Shown here: positions 39,408 through 50,358 of the stretch, in pieces
Layout of the letters: each line of letters starts with the position of its first letter
Position numbering within the stretch: position 1 is the stretch's first letter
Assembly: GCA_963846575.1 (NCBI GenBank)
Contig: CAWJWJ010000002.1
Coordinates: forward strand, 1,536,001-1,600,000
Reading direction: 5' to 3'
Origin: an uncultured Nitrospiraceae bacterium
GTDB lineage: Bacteria; Nitrospirota; Nitrospiria; Nitrospirales; Nitrospiraceae
DNA: 64,000 bases
Translations under genes and position numbers: made by a program
The notes under the pieces: generated by a model
Told to the model about the DNA's origin: nothing
Databases searched by the model: none
Seen by the model: only the letters and a program-made list of their open reading frames with translations

Positions 39408-39539
39408 CGGCATTTAGGACACCTCCTCTGAGGAGTCGGAACGCGATCGAATAATCCGCTAGAAAGCTCAAATGTTCACCACGGGGCTTGTCGCGACTAT
39501 TGCAGGCCTGCCTCAACATCATGCGCGCGTGAGGTACTT

Positions 39540-40319
39540 ATGATTGAAGGACTAAAGGTCATTGTGGTTATGCCGGCCTATAACGCAGCTCGTACGCTGA
39601 AGCAGACTTGCCTGGAAATCCCACGCGATGTTGTTGATGAGGTGCTCCTCATCGATGATCACAGTAATGACGAGACTGTACTGCTTGCCAAGGAACTGAA
39701 CCTGACTACGTTTGCGCATGACCAGAATTACGGCTACGGCAGGAATCAAAAAACGTGTTACCTGGAAGCACTCAGGCGGGGCGCGGACATAGTGCTCATG
39801 ATTCATCCCGATTATCAATACACGCCCCGATTGGCACGAGCATTGGCCAGCATGATTTCCTCCGGCCATTATGACGTAGCGATTGCCTCACGAATTCTTG
39901 GTGGGGGAGCTGTGAAAGGCGGCATGCCCCTTTATAAGTATGTCTTCAATCGAGTGCTGACCGCACTGCAGAACCTTCTCATCGGGAGCAAACTATCGGA
40001 ATTCCACACGGGGTACAGGGCGTTTTCCAAAACCGTTCTTCGAGCGCTGCCGTTAAACGAGAACTCCGACGGATTCACTTTCGACAATGAAATGTTGGTT
40101 CAGGCCCACTATTTCGGCTATCAGATCGGAGAAATTTCCTGCCCCACGAAATATTTTCAGGAAGCATCTTCAATAAACTTCAGGGCGAGTTGCATCTATG
40201 GAGTGGGGGTACTCCTGTCCTCCTTCAAGTATAGGCTTCAGAAAATGCGTTTGGCCCGTTTTCGTATTTTCAGTCCCAAAGGCAGAACATTGGAGGAATA
40301 TTATGCCTGCATGTCATAA
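39540..40319 (+). CDS. GT2 polyprenol-phosphate glycosyltransferase (DPM/GtrB-like)
   Basis: VMPAYNAA, IDD.S.D.T, N.GYG.NQK, HPDYQY, GYRAF, FDNEML.Q. Confidence 0.92.
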   Translation: MIEGLKVIVVMPAYNAARTLKQTCLEIPRDVVDEVLLIDDHSNDETVLLAKELNLTTFAHDQNYGYGRNQKTCYLEALRRGADIVLMIHPDYQYTPRLARALASMISSGHYDVAIASRILGGGAVKGGMPLYKYVFNRVLTALQNLLIGSKLSEFHTGYRAFSKTVLRALPLNENSDGFTFDNEMLVQAHYFGYQIGEISCPTKYFQEASSINFRASCIYGVGVLLSSFKYRLQKMRLARFRIFSPKGRTLEEYYACMS

Positions 40320-40778
40320 GGGAGCAGATATTCCATCCGGCGCGCCGGGCGACATGTGCTGACGAACGTTCCAATACCTTCAAAAACTTGAAGATGGGGG
40401 ATACAACAAGGGAACAAGCCGGTTTCTCCAGCTCCAATGGCTTTGGGTTCCGGCTGCGGGTTTGAGAGACCTACGGAATGACTTGAAGGTTGTGCTTTCC
40501 AAATTCCCCGAAACAGCCCTGCTTGTCTGGCTGTAATTGATCCCGCTCCGGCATGAGCGGCATCAACGAATCGGAGGCGAATGAGCGCCCTCGTACGACG
40601 GGTGATGGTTGACCCTAGAGCTGGCACCCTGTTCCCATAACTCATGACCCATAATTGTCGTGGCAACCACCCCTTACTCCCACCTTTCGACGTACCTATA
40701 TGGTGGAATGCCAGAGCGACCAGTCTGGGGTAATCTTGATTCAAGCAAGCCGTACAATATTTCTAACCAGGAGGCATT

Positions 40779-41144
40779 GTGAAGGCACGATACACCGACC
40801 GAAAAACTGTGCAGTGCACGTCCGTATTGTCCTGTGACGGCGTCATGGGACATGGTCAGTTGGTCAATCTTTCAGTGCCTGGATGTTTGCTCAAGAGCGG
40901 CATGAAACTCAAGGTCGGACAGTACATCGAGATGCGGCTCGCATTTGCCAAAGCTCAAAACCCTGTGCAGGTTAAATTAGCTGCCGTGCGCTGGGTGAAC
41001 GGCTGGGAGGCGGGTATCGAGTTTATTCGCATGTCGGAGGTCGACCAGGCTCGGATCAGAGGGTTGGCGGGTGTTATCGACAGACGGACTCCTCAGCACA
41101 CATGGAGTGAGCGGATTATGTGTGTGGGAGTGTCCGCAGGGTAG
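40779..41144 (+). CDS. PilZ domain-containing protein
   Basis: RYTDR, NLSVPGC, AAVRW...AGIEFI. Confidence 0.88.
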   Translation: MKARYTDRKTVQCTSVLSCDGVMGHGQLVNLSVPGCLLKSGMKLKVGQYIEMRLAFAKAQNPVQVKLAAVRWVNGWEAGIEFIRMSEVDQARIRGLAGVIDRRTPQHTWSERIMCVGVSAG

Positions 41145-41168
41145 CGAACCGACATGAATCTGCCGGAG

Positions 41169-41206
41169 GGGCCCGGGGCCATTCGTGCGCCGGGCCCTTA
41201 CTTTTT
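41169..41206 (+). terminator. Intrinsic terminator after PilZ gene
   Basis: GGGCCCGG...CCGGGCCC followed by TTACTTTTT. Confidence 0.6.
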
Positions 41207-41453
41207 CCAGAGCTTTTCAGCCCGTCTTTCGGTTCATGATTGGGGTGTGGTCGTACAAGTCTCTATCGTTGGATTCTCCGACGGTCACCTTCTGGCTGCT
41301 TCTTGACCCCGCTTGCGACTCTATCCTGAAGGGCACGGGACAGTTCAAGGCCGCTTTCAAGAGGCCCGAGACCAATGGCTCTATGTCCTTTGATCTATAG
41401 ATGATACGCTTTGGGAGTACGTCGGGATAGCCGTGTTAGATAGAAAGGTCAAT

Positions 41454-41831
41454 GTGGCATCCATCCTCGTCATTGATGACAATGCAGCGCTTCGTGAGGT
41501 CCTTCGACTCGGTTTGGAGACTGCCGGCCACAGCGTTCGTGAAATGAGAAATGGTCGGGAGGGAGTCCGTGCATTCCGCAGGGAGCCGTGCGATCTCGTC
41601 ATTACCGATATCTTTATGCCGGACCGAGACGGTTTGGAGTTGATTGAGGCCTTACGAAGGACGCATCCTCAGGTGAAGATCATTGCCATGTCGGGCGCAT
41701 CTGGCACCATGGACTATCTCCCGGTCGCGCGGTCGTTGGGCGCGGCCAGGATCATACGAAAGCCGTTTGCCGTACCGACCATGCTAACCGTGGTTGCCGA
41801 GCTGTTGGGCAGGCAGGTGCCCCCGAAGTGA
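41454..41831 (+). CDS. Single-domain response regulator (CheY-like)
   Basis: ILVIDD, DLVITDIFMPDRDG, MSG, KPF. Confidence 0.9.
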   Translation: MASILVIDDNAALREVLRLGLETAGHSVREMRNGREGVRAFRREPCDLVITDIFMPDRDGLELIEALRRTHPQVKIIAMSGASGTMDYLPVARSLGAARIIRKPFAVPTMLTVVAELLGRQVPPK

Positions 41832-42810
41832 CATGGTCCCGAATACCGCACCCCTGACTCGAGATGAGCGTTTTAGCCATTTGGCAGTGAATTGCCACTT
41901 TTGAGTCATGGACCACCCTTTTACCAATCTAGAGTCCAAAGGCATAGAATCCGTCTTGCTCGCTGTTCCCAGAGTATTAGAAACAAGGCTGAAGGTAGCT
42001 CCGGTCCTCTTTCCGTAGCCTTCTCATCTGGCTCCGTCGACTAGTTCAGCGAAACCGTACAGGGAAGCGTCAATGCCGGCAAAGGCAGCCAGGCCGGTTA
42101 CCGTGCTCCGTTGCTTGATGTTGTCCGGTCTCGTCCCGCCATACACCCGTTTGAGAGACCTTCTACAAGGGATTCACCCAGTGGTTTTTGTCTTGTTTTC
42201 ACGTACCCTCATACAACACAAGTGAGAGATTCATCTGGATCTCCGTAGCCGTCACAACGGATGCGCTTTGCCAAGGTCGGTGACCTGCTCCTCAATCCTG
42301 GTTTAATGTATCAGCCTGACGGCGGATGCAATGGCTGGATACAGGTAACGGCGCTCAAGAAACGGGTAAAATAGGCCCTTGAAAAGCGGAAGAGGTAAAA
42401 AAAAATTATGAGCCGCGAGCAAGCCGCTGCAATTGGTCTTTCCGACGCATGCAGGAAGGCGATTAAAGTGCCTTCGAAGATCCTGAATCAATGCCAAACA
42501 AACCCGTGACGTGAGAGATGACGGCCAATCCACATGGGCCTCTGACTACAGTGAGCTTTACCGACAATTTCTGCATGCAGCCCGCCTCCGCGACAAAAGC
42601 AACGACTGCGTCTCGGTACTGCCGACTATGCGTTCATACACCGTAGTCCTTCAGGTCGAATATGAAGATTGGATTCCTCCATACAGAGATCCCCACAAAA
42701 AAGACATATCGGGAATGCATCACGTTAGATAGAATGAGCGACCTAATATTTTGAATCGCTCAGATTCGTCGCGGTGGTCCTGAGAGTTGTATCCCGAAAG
42801 GAAACAAAGC

Positions 42811-44970
42811 ATGAACGGAAAAGTGATTAAACAGTGGCCTGGTTCTCCTTATCCTCTGGGCGCGACCTGGGACGGCAGAGGCGTTAATTTTGCTCTCTTT
42901 TCGGAACATGCGACGGGGGTCGACCTTTGCCTGTTCGACTCGGCCGAGGCGGAGAAGGAGTCAGAGCGAATTCGTTTTACCGAGTATACGGATCACGTGT
43001 GGCATGCGTATCTACCGGAAGTCTTACCGGGCCAACTCTACGGTTATCGGGTTCACGGGCCTTACGAGCCAAGCCAGGGACACAGGTTCAATCCGAACAA
43101 GGTACTCCTAGACCCCTACGCCAAAGGTATCGGACGCGATGTGAAATGGGCCGACGAGGTATTTGCCTATCGCGTAGGCGATCCCGAGGCGGATCTAGCC
43201 TTCGATGACCGTGACAGTGCGGCCTACGCGCCCCTTGCTAAGGTCATTGATCCGTCCTTCACCTGGGGTAATGATCGCCCCCCCAGGACTCCCTGGCACA
43301 AAACCATCGTGTATGAGCTTCATGTGAAAGGGTTTACGCGCCTGCATCCGGACCTCCCGGAAGAGCTTCGTGGAACCTATGCCGGCCTCGCCTCGGAGAG
43401 CGTGATTAAACACCTGACGGACCTGGGCGTCACCGCCGTGGAACTCGAGCCTGTCCATTATTTTCTGAACGATCGCCATCTGCTGGAGCGTCAACTGTCA
43501 AACTACTGGGGGTATAACACACTGAGCTATTTTGCCCCTGCCCATCGATATGCTGCCGGACACATTCAGCAGGATGCCGTACAACAGTTCAAGATGATGG
43601 TCGCGGCCATGCATGAAGCAGGGATCGAAGTCATTCTGGACGTGGTTTACAACCACACGGCTGAGGGGAATCAATTGGGACCGACCTTGTCGATGCGTGG
43701 TATCGACAACGTGGCCTATTACAAGCTGACGGAAGCGGATCTTCGTTACTATATGGATTATACCGGCACCGGCAACTCTCTGAATGTCCGGCATCCGCGT
43801 GTTCTCCAGCTCATCATGGACAGCCTGAGATACTGGGTCACGGAGATGCATGTAGATGGCTTCCGGTTTGACCTGGCCAGCACCTTGGCACGTGAACTCT
43901 ACGAGGTCGATCGACTCGGCGCCTTCTTCGACATTATTCACCAGGATCCTATCCTCTGTCAGACAAAGTTGATCGCCGAGCCATGGGATGTCGGATCAGG
44001 CGGCTACCAGGTCGGAAACTTTCCTGTCTTGTGGAGTGAATGGAATGGTATTTACCGGGATAATGTGCGCCGCTTCTGGAAAGGAGATCTGGGCCTCCTG
44101 CCGGACTTTAGCGCGCGATTGAGCGGGAGTAGTGATCTATACAAGGACGATGGTCGAAAACCATATGCCAGCATTAACTTCATCACTTGCCATGACGGCT
44201 TCACCCTGCACGACCTCGTCAGCTACAACGAAAAACACAATGAGGCGAATGGGGAGAACAATCAGGATGGCGCCAATGACAATAACAGCTGGAATTGCGG
44301 CACTGAAGGGCCGACCGATGATCAGAACATCGCAGCACTACGAGGGCAGCAGAAGCGAAACTTTATGACCACCTTGCTGCTCTCCGCCGGCGTGCCGATG
44401 ATCTTAAGCGGGGATGAATTCTGCCACACCCAACAGGGCAACAATAACACCTACTGTCAGGACAACGAACTCACTTGGCTGGACTGGAATATCACCGAGG
44501 AGCAGCGCGCGTTTTGCGCATTTGTCCGCTCGGTTATTCAGATTCGAAAAACACAACCGGTCTTTCAGCGTCGAAAATTTTTCCAGGGGCGCTCTGTCGA
44601 AGGGACCGACGTCGCAGACATTCACTGGTATCAGCCATCCGGCGAGGAAATGTCGGACGAAGCATGGAACACGGGATACGGACAGTGCCTGGGAGTTCGT
44701 TTGCCAGGCGATCTCATCGGCGACGTGAACGAACGGGGTGAGCCCATTACCGGCGACTCTATTGTGCTGCTTGTTAACGCCCATCACGAAGCCATTCCCT
44801 TCGTCCTGCCTTCTCCTAACGGCGGATCCGAGTGGGAACGTTTAGTGGATACGGCCGACGCGGGCGCCGGACCCGTCGAATTTGCAGGAGGCAAACAATA
44901 CGATCTCAAAGGACGATCGATGGTCGTGCTCAGGTCCCGGAGGGCTCAGTCGACGGAAAAACCCACTTAG
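42811..44970 (+). CDS. glgX: Glycogen debranching enzyme (isoamylase, GH13)
   Basis: [57 protein letters not shown]. Confidence 0.97.
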   Translation: MNGKVIKQWPGSPYPLGATWDGRGVNFALFSEHATGVDLCLFDSAEAEKESERIRFTEYTDHVWHAYLPEVLPGQLYGYRVHGPYEPSQGHRFNPNKVLLDPYAKGIGRDVKWADEVFAYRVGDPEADLAFDDRDSAAYAPLAKVIDPSFTWGNDRPPRTPWHKTIVYELHVKGFTRLHPDLPEELRGTYAGLASESVIKHLTDLGVTAVELEPVHYFLNDRHLLERQLSNYWGYNTLSYFAPAHRYAAGHIQQDAVQQFKMMVAAMHEAGIEVILDVVYNHTAEGNQLGPTLSMRGIDNVAYYKLTEADLRYYMDYTGTGNSLNVRHPRVLQLIMDSLRYWVTEMHVDGFRFDLASTLARELYEVDRLGAFFDIIHQDPILCQTKLIAEPWDVGSGGYQVGNFPVLWSEWNGIYRDNVRRFWKGDLGLLPDFSARLSGSSDLYKDDGRKPYASINFITCHDGFTLHDLVSYNEKHNEANGENNQDGANDNNSWNCGTEGPTDDQNIAALRGQQKRNFMTTLLLSAGVPMILSGDEFCHTQQGNNNTYCQDNELTWLDWNITEEQRAFCAFVRSVIQIRKTQPVFQRRKFFQGRSVEGTDVADIHWYQPSGEEMSDEAWNTGYGQCLGVRLPGDLIGDVNERGEPITGDSIVLLVNAHHEAIPFVLPSPNGGSEWERLVDTADAGAGPVEFAGGKQYDLKGRSMVVLRSRRAQSTEKPT

Positions 44971-45061
44971 GTAACGGCCGACCGAGGACTTTCGCCAAGC
45001 GATTCACAGGTCGTTAGGTGACTCCACCTTCTCTCGCCGCGGTCTGGTGGTTATTCGGGGC

Positions 45062-45096
45062 GACGGCCTCCTGTCTGTCCGCGACAGGAGGCCGTC
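45062..45096. terminator. Hairpin between convergent glgX and SRPBCC genes
   Basis: GACGGCCTCCTGTC-N7-GACAGGAGGCCGTC, perfect 14-bp stem. Confidence 0.65.
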
Positions 45097-45105
45097 CTCT
45101 CGGGG

Positions 45106-45561
45106 TTAAGGTCTTTTTACTTCGCCCCTCCACTCGCCGCTCTCCCGCCCTCGTGCCTCAATAAACTCTCGAAAGCGCTCCAAGTCCCCCGCCACGCGCA
45201 TCGATATCGCACCCACCGCATCCCCGAGGGTCTCAATAGCTCCTTCCGGCTCATAGTCCATTTGCAGCATGATTTTGCTTTTCTGATCGGACAACCGGTG
45301 GAACGTGACGACACCAGCGTTCGGTGCTCCGTCGGTGCTTTTCCAGGCTATCCGTTCATCAGGCAGCTGTTCCGTGATAACCGCATTCCAGTGTTTCTCT
45401 TTGCCTGCAATCTGGGCTTCCCAATGCAAATGCATATTGTCCAATTGCCTCACCTTCTTGACGCCCTCCATGAATTTCGGGAAATCCTCGAACTGTGTCC
45501 ATTGGTTGTAGGCGGTCCGAACAGGAACATTAACTTCGATAGACTTTTCGATGGTCGGCAT
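45106..45561 (-). CDS. SRPBCC/START family (cyclase/dehydrase-like) protein
   Basis: IEKSIEVNVPVRTAYNQWTQFE.FP.FMEGV, EQ.PDERIAW, DL.RF..FIE.RG.E.G.WRG. Confidence 0.92.
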   Translation of the reverse strand: MPTIEKSIEVNVPVRTAYNQWTQFEDFPKFMEGVKKVRQLDNMHLHWEAQIAGKEKHWNAVITEQLPDERIAWKSTDGAPNAGVVTFHRLSDQKSKIMLQMDYEPEGAIETLGDAVGAISMRVAGDLERFREFIEARGRESGEWRGEVKRP

Positions 45562-46250
45562 GACTTCCTCCTTGTGTGGTTGCTGGGACTATCGCGGACT
45601 CGCATAGATACTTCTCAGCAAGAGTGAGGCCGACCGCAAAGCCAGGGTTTCGACGTTCGGTACAGCTGATGTTAGGATTGATAGTCCATATATTCAATGT
45701 GTTACAAGCATCGGTCATTCCGGTGAAGAAATTCATGGGAGAGGTGAAAGGACAAAAAGCAGCTGTCCGGACAGACTGTCTCTCTACGCTGGAAAGAGGC
45801 GTATGCATGAAATGACACGAGGGTGGGGCGAGTGAGTTGCCGCTCTCTGAGTCGGTTGGGAGTGAGGTAATTAACGGGAAGTGAGTGAGTGTGTTATCGA
45901 TAAATTCAGAACGCATCTGTGCATAACTACGCTGGCAATTGCAGCACATTTCGGAGAGTGTACTACGTAGTAGATTATAGGATAGGCAGACCAGGCCGGG
46001 TGAGCTGGTTAGGCCCTATAGAACGACCAAAGAGTCAAGCCGCAAGATATGGGGTGTCAGAATTGAGTCGGCTCAATGCCCAAAAAATGGGCAGTATGGT
46101 AGGCGGCGCGTCTCTAGCACCTGTCAGAGCCTTCGCCGTGCGTTATCAACAGACTTATCCACAAAAATTGTGAACCGCGTAATGTGTTCATTATTGGAAC
46201 GTCAGGGAGGGCTAGGGGCAGCTTCCGGGTTGTCAGATTGACGTCTGGGA

Positions 46251-46934
46251 TCACTTGGTACCCGAACCGACGTCGTCCCGGGGTAAGGTCACCACGATCC
46301 GGCAAGGAGTCGAACTCAAGACATAGGTACCTCCTCGTGCTTCAATGTACTCGCTGGTCAAGAGTCCAAGTGAAGCGGGTGGTTCGTCGTCGCTCGCCAC
46401 AGACACCTTCAGAATAGTCATTTCAACAGTTCCTGGGCCTTCAAGGAGTGTCACCATCCACGCCGCCGATCGATTCAAACCAGAGGCACCAAAGGCCTGT
46501 TCCAATACTCGATACAAGCAGATGGAGGACTGCCGAACGCACTTGATGTCAGGAGGAATCGACCATTTAATCAAGTAGCCATGGTCTTTGGTGAGCCGGT
46601 CCAGGAGCCCCTTTACCGCGATGGGTAATGATAGCTCGACCACTTTTGGGTAGAGACCGAATTCAAGGTCCCGGACCTTCCGTTGGGTCTCGGTAATAGT
46701 CTCCTGTAATGGAGGAATGAGGCTGGCGAGATTCACCGCGTCTCCCGAAAGTTTTTTGAGGAGCATCGCAAGGTGCAATGAAATTAAGGCTAAATTCTGA
46801 CCAATTTGATCATGCAGAGTAAGGGCCACCTCACGTCGCTTCTCTTCGCTCGTCCGCAGCAACGCATGCAGCTCGGACCGCAGGAGGCGACTTTCATCTT
46901 CCTTCATCATGCTCATGTCATCCTTAGCCGGCAT
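46251..46934 (-). CDS. HisKA_3-type histidine-kinase-like protein with degenerate ATP-binding domain
   Basis: EEKRREVA..LHDQIGQNL H-box and LYRV present; N-box Asn and DxGxG absent. Confidence 0.72.
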   Translation of the reverse strand: MPAKDDMSMMKEDESRLLRSELHALLRTSEEKRREVALTLHDQIGQNLALISLHLAMLLKKLSGDAVNLASLIPPLQETITETQRKVRDLEFGLYPKVVELSLPIAVKGLLDRLTKDHGYLIKWSIPPDIKCVRQSSICLYRVLEQAFGASGLNRSAAWMVTLLEGPGTVEMTILKVSVASDDEPPASLGLLTSEYIEARGGTYVLSSTPCRIVVTLPRDDVGSGTK

Positions 46935-46954
46935 AGCTCAGCCTCTGCATTGCC

Positions 46955-48940
46955 CTAGGCAGAAGCGTCACGATCTTGTATATACGTTGCAAGTAGACGG
47001 TCAAGTGCATCATGGTCGAGTGGTTTGACGAGGTACGCGTCGAACCCGGCGGCCTTCCCGAGGTCCTGATACTCGGCATGTCCATACCCGGAGATCGCGA
47101 TGATGCGGAGAGGACGAATACTCTGACGTTGACGGAGTTGCCGCGCCACCGTAAACCCGTCCATCCCCGGCAGACCAATATCGAGGAGGACCACATGCGG
47201 TTGGAAAGTGGTCGAACGCTCGAGGGCTTCGGTTCCATTCAGGGCGGTCTCTGGCTGATGGCCCGATAGGCTTAACAGCGTGGCAAGTGTCGTGACGAGC
47301 GCAGGATTGTCATCCACGACAAGGATACGCAGGCCGGTCGGTACCTCCTGGGAGGTGGCGGCTGGCGGGAGAGCTTGAGCATCGTCTGGCGGCGATGCCA
47401 GAGGAATCCGCACGACGAATTCGCTCCCTCGTTCCGGCCCGTCGCTTTGTGCGACGATCGATCCATTATGCAGGGCGACGATGCTCCGAACCAAGGTGAG
47501 GCCTATCCCCAGACCACCCTCCGTGCGACTCAGGGATTGGTCGCCTTGCACGAACAGATCGAAAATGTATGGAAGGAGGGTTTCCGGAATTCCGCTCCCC
47601 GTATCCCGAACGGACACCAGCGCATCTTGATGATCCCGCGTCACGCGTAGGGTCACCCGTCCCTGCGGAGCCGTATATTTCCCGGCATTATGGAGAAGAT
47701 TACTGACCACCTGCGCGAATCGGAAGGCATCGGCTTCAACCCATATGGTCTGCGGGGCCACAGTCACTTCAAGATCTATGTCCCGTGAGACGAGAAAGGG
47801 CCTCATGGTGGTGACGGCATGAGACACAATCGTGGATAAGTCCACGCGGCTCGTCGTGAGGCTGATCTTGCCGTGGGTCATGCGGGAGACATCCAGGAGG
47901 TCGTCGATGAGCCGACGCAGATGCCGCAGTTGACCCTCGCCAATGTGACAGGTTTCGGTTGCGATGGAAGGCAGACCGGGGATTTTTTTCAGGACCGCGA
48001 AGGCATTGGCTATCGGCGCCAACGGATTGCGTAACTCATGCGCCAACATGGCCAGATACTCGTCTTTGCGCCGGTTCTCTTCCAATAATCGTTGGGTTTG
48101 TTCCCGCAGAGACTTCTCTAAATTCCGCTGATTCGTCACCTCGTGAAAGACCAGCACGACCCCCTGGATACGTCCCGCCTCATCACGGATCGGCGCCGCG
48201 CCATCGTCGATCGCCACGCTGCTGCCGTTCCTCGAAATGAGCATCGTATGGTTGGCCAGGCCTGTGATGACACCTTCTTGCAAGGTGCGTTGTGCGGGAT
48301 TTCTCACCGGGAGTCCGGTCTCCTCATTCACGATATGGAAAATCGTCTCCAGATCTTGTCCCACAGCGTCCGCCAACGCCCAGCCGGTCAGCACACTGGC
48401 CGTCGGATTCATAAAGACGACGCGCGCGGCCGTATCCGTGGCAATGATGGCATCGCTGATGCTGGAAAGGGTGACATGGAGCCAGCGTTGTTGTTTGGCC
48501 AATTCAGTTTCAGCAGCCCGGCGGAGTTTGATTTCGGTGTTGAGCGCGTCAATCTGCTGTTTCAGGAAGGTGAACTGATTGGCCTCCGAACGGGGGGTCA
48601 GGCGCAAAAGAAGGCCTGTGGGATTGCCATCCTGGGCCGGGGCAAACAGCGCGCCTTCGGATCGAACGTGCCCCTCGTCGCTTCCCAGTGAAGGCAGTTT
48701 GAGTTGTAGCGTTCCGAGTACAAACTGGCGGCTTCTCGCGCAGAGGCCAAGCCATGAATGGATTTCCTCGTCTGATGTGACGACATACCGGGAGAGAGCC
48801 TGCCCCCGTACTTCCTCTGCGCCGCATCCTAGGAGGTCGAGGAAGCGCCGGTTGGCGGCCTGAATGACGCCCTCTCGGGTGACCAACGCGAGTGCTTGGG
48901 GGAATATCTCTGCCCATTGAGAAAACGGCTCCGGTCTCAT
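46955..48940 (-). CDS. Hybrid sensor histidine kinase (PAS-PAS-HisKA-HATPase-REC)
   Basis: LAHELRNPL, NLLHNA.KY, DTG.GI, F.Q, GLGIGL, ILVVDD..LLDIGLPGMDG..KP. Confidence 0.95.
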   Translation of the reverse strand: MRPEPFSQWAEIFPQALALVTREGVIQAANRRFLDLLGCGAEEVRGQALSRYVVTSDEEIHSWLGLCARSRQFVLGTLQLKLPSLGSDEGHVRSEGALFAPAQDGNPTGLLLRLTPRSEANQFTFLKQQIDALNTEIKLRRAAETELAKQQRWLHVTLSSISDAIIATDTAARVVFMNPTASVLTGWALADAVGQDLETIFHIVNEETGLPVRNPAQRTLQEGVITGLANHTMLISRNGSSVAIDDGAAPIRDEAGRIQGVVLVFHEVTNQRNLEKSLREQTQRLLEENRRKDEYLAMLAHELRNPLAPIANAFAVLKKIPGLPSIATETCHIGEGQLRHLRRLIDDLLDVSRMTHGKISLTTSRVDLSTIVSHAVTTMRPFLVSRDIDLEVTVAPQTIWVEADAFRFAQVVSNLLHNAGKYTAPQGRVTLRVTRDHQDALVSVRDTGSGIPETLLPYIFDLFVQGDQSLSRTEGGLGIGLTLVRSIVALHNGSIVAQSDGPERGSEFVVRIPLASPPDDAQALPPAATSQEVPTGLRILVVDDNPALVTTLATLLSLSGHQPETALNGTEALERSTTFQPHVVLLDIGLPGMDGFTVARQLRQRQSIRPLRIIAISGYGHAEYQDLGKAAGFDAYLVKPLDHDALDRLLATYIQDRDASA

Positions 48941-48947
48941 ATGGCGT

Positions 48948-49475
48948 TCAGCCCTTGTAGTACTCTCGAGCGGTGCCGTCTCCGGTCACAGCGGTAGGTT
49001 TTAGATGCACCACCACGCGACATTCGCCAGCACCTTCCGCAATGGTTTTCTCCAGCACAACCTTGGCATACCCCAGATTCTCGGCGGTAATGCCCCCGAA
49101 TACGTTCGAGGTCATCATGCACAGCGCCTTTTTCCCGATGACCTTATCTCCAAACGGGCAGGCACGATTCCCCAGGACAATCTTGTCCTCATCTTGCTCG
49201 ATGACAAAAAAATCACCTTGAATCCGGCGTTTCAGATCCACCAGGACATCGGACACTTGAGCGGGGTTTAACGAGGACACACCCATGGTGCTTCGGTACA
49301 TGTCGTTGATTTGTTGTCCCATGCGCTGACCGACGACACTCACAAAGCCGGACGCCTCCTGCAATCCCACCACACTGGACAGAGTCCCGGCCAATTCGCT
49401 CAGCAAGGTTCGCAGAAAGACATCCCGTTCGAGCGGAATTTCAGCCATCGGAAGGGGCTTCAATCGTTCAGTCAT
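48948..49475 (-). CDS. Methanogen output domain 1 (MetOD1, V4R-like) protein
   Basis: [31 protein letters not shown]...CRVVV; GGAGG RBS. Confidence 0.82.
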   Translation of the reverse strand: MTERLKPLPMAEIPLERDVFLRTLLSELAGTLSSVVGLQEASGFVSVVGQRMGQQINDMYRSTMGVSSLNPAQVSDVLVDLKRRIQGDFFVIEQDEDKIVLGNRACPFGDKVIGKKALCMMTSNVFGGITAENLGYAKVVLEKTIAEGAGECRVVVHLKPTAVTGDGTAREYYKG

Positions 49476-49787
49476 ATCGCCTCCTGTGCCCATGAAGGGG
49501 AGCGGTCGATTGTCGGTTCGCGAGCGTAAATTCAATCGGACAGTGCTTGCCACGATCTGAGCACAAGACTGTCCGTCAGCCTTCAGAACGGCTCTGCGGG
49601 GCAGTGTATCGAGACGGTCCGTCTCATAGCAAACGGGAAGTAATAATCGGCTGGGGGCCTTCGTGATTTTTTCAGGCTTGATGGCGGGAGCCGCTTCCGC
49701 ACCTCCTGCCCGCAGAGTCGGTCAATCGGCCACCTGCTGTCACAGAGAGTGCTGGACCGAATTTTCCAATTAGGCTACTATGTGCAC

Positions 49788-50354
49788 ATGCTTGATCCGC
49801 ACGTCGCTTCTGACCATTCTCACAGCGTCCACTTCTATGCTGACGACGCCGACCTCGAACTACATGTCGCAAAGCATATTCAACGGGGGATTGCAGCAGG
49901 CGAGACTGTCCTGACGATCGCGACCAAGGGACATCGGGAGGGGTTTTCGCACCATCTCCGTGCGGCGTTCCCGGATGTGCCCGGCACGATCAACCTCCTA
50001 TCCTCGTATCGCGCCTTAGATGCAGATGCGGTGCTTTCAAGGTTCCTGATCGATTGCCGGCCCGATCGATCACGATTCTTCAGGACGATGGACGACATCT
50101 TATCCGGGCCGATGCGAGAAGGACGGTCCATCCGCGTATACGGAGAGATGGTGACTCGATTGTGGCAGGCCGGGGCGCCGCAGGCCGCCCTAGAACTCGA
50201 AACGCTGTGGAACGAACTGGCGCTGAAGTATACATTCTCGCTGTTGTGCGCCTATCCGCTTCGTGTCTTTACCGACCAGGACAGCCAGCTCTTTTTAGCC
50301 ACTTGCGCCGCCCATTCCCAGTTGTCTCTTCCACAGGCTCCTGCGACTCGCTAG
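49788..50354 (+). CDS. Stand-alone MEDS domain protein
   Basis: H.V.FY, GE....IAT..H, R.YGEMV..LW..G...AA.ELE.LWN.L, LLCAYP. Confidence 0.85.
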   Translation: MLDPHVASDHSHSVHFYADDADLELHVAKHIQRGIAAGETVLTIATKGHREGFSHHLRAAFPDVPGTINLLSSYRALDADAVLSRFLIDCRPDRSRFFRTMDDILSGPMREGRSIRVYGEMVTRLWQAGAPQAALELETLWNELALKYTFSLLCAYPLRVFTDQDSQLFLATCAAHSQLSLPQAPATR

Positions 50355-50358
50355 CGCC

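Noticed and set aside
821..42050. 9-mer CTAGTTCAG at 821, 4540 and 42041
   Set aside because: No extended similarity; at 821 it is simply a Leu-Asn-stop gene end
42040..42105. c-di-GMP (GEMM) riboswitch-like words (GCGAAAC, GCAAAG, GGTTACC)
   Set aside because: Could not build the required P1-P3 stems or the correct motif order
49684..49703. Possible attR copy of the tRNA-Leu 3' end (CCGCTTCCGCACC)
   Set aside because: Short and imperfect versus CCGCCTCCCGCACC; expected by chance in GC-rich DNA
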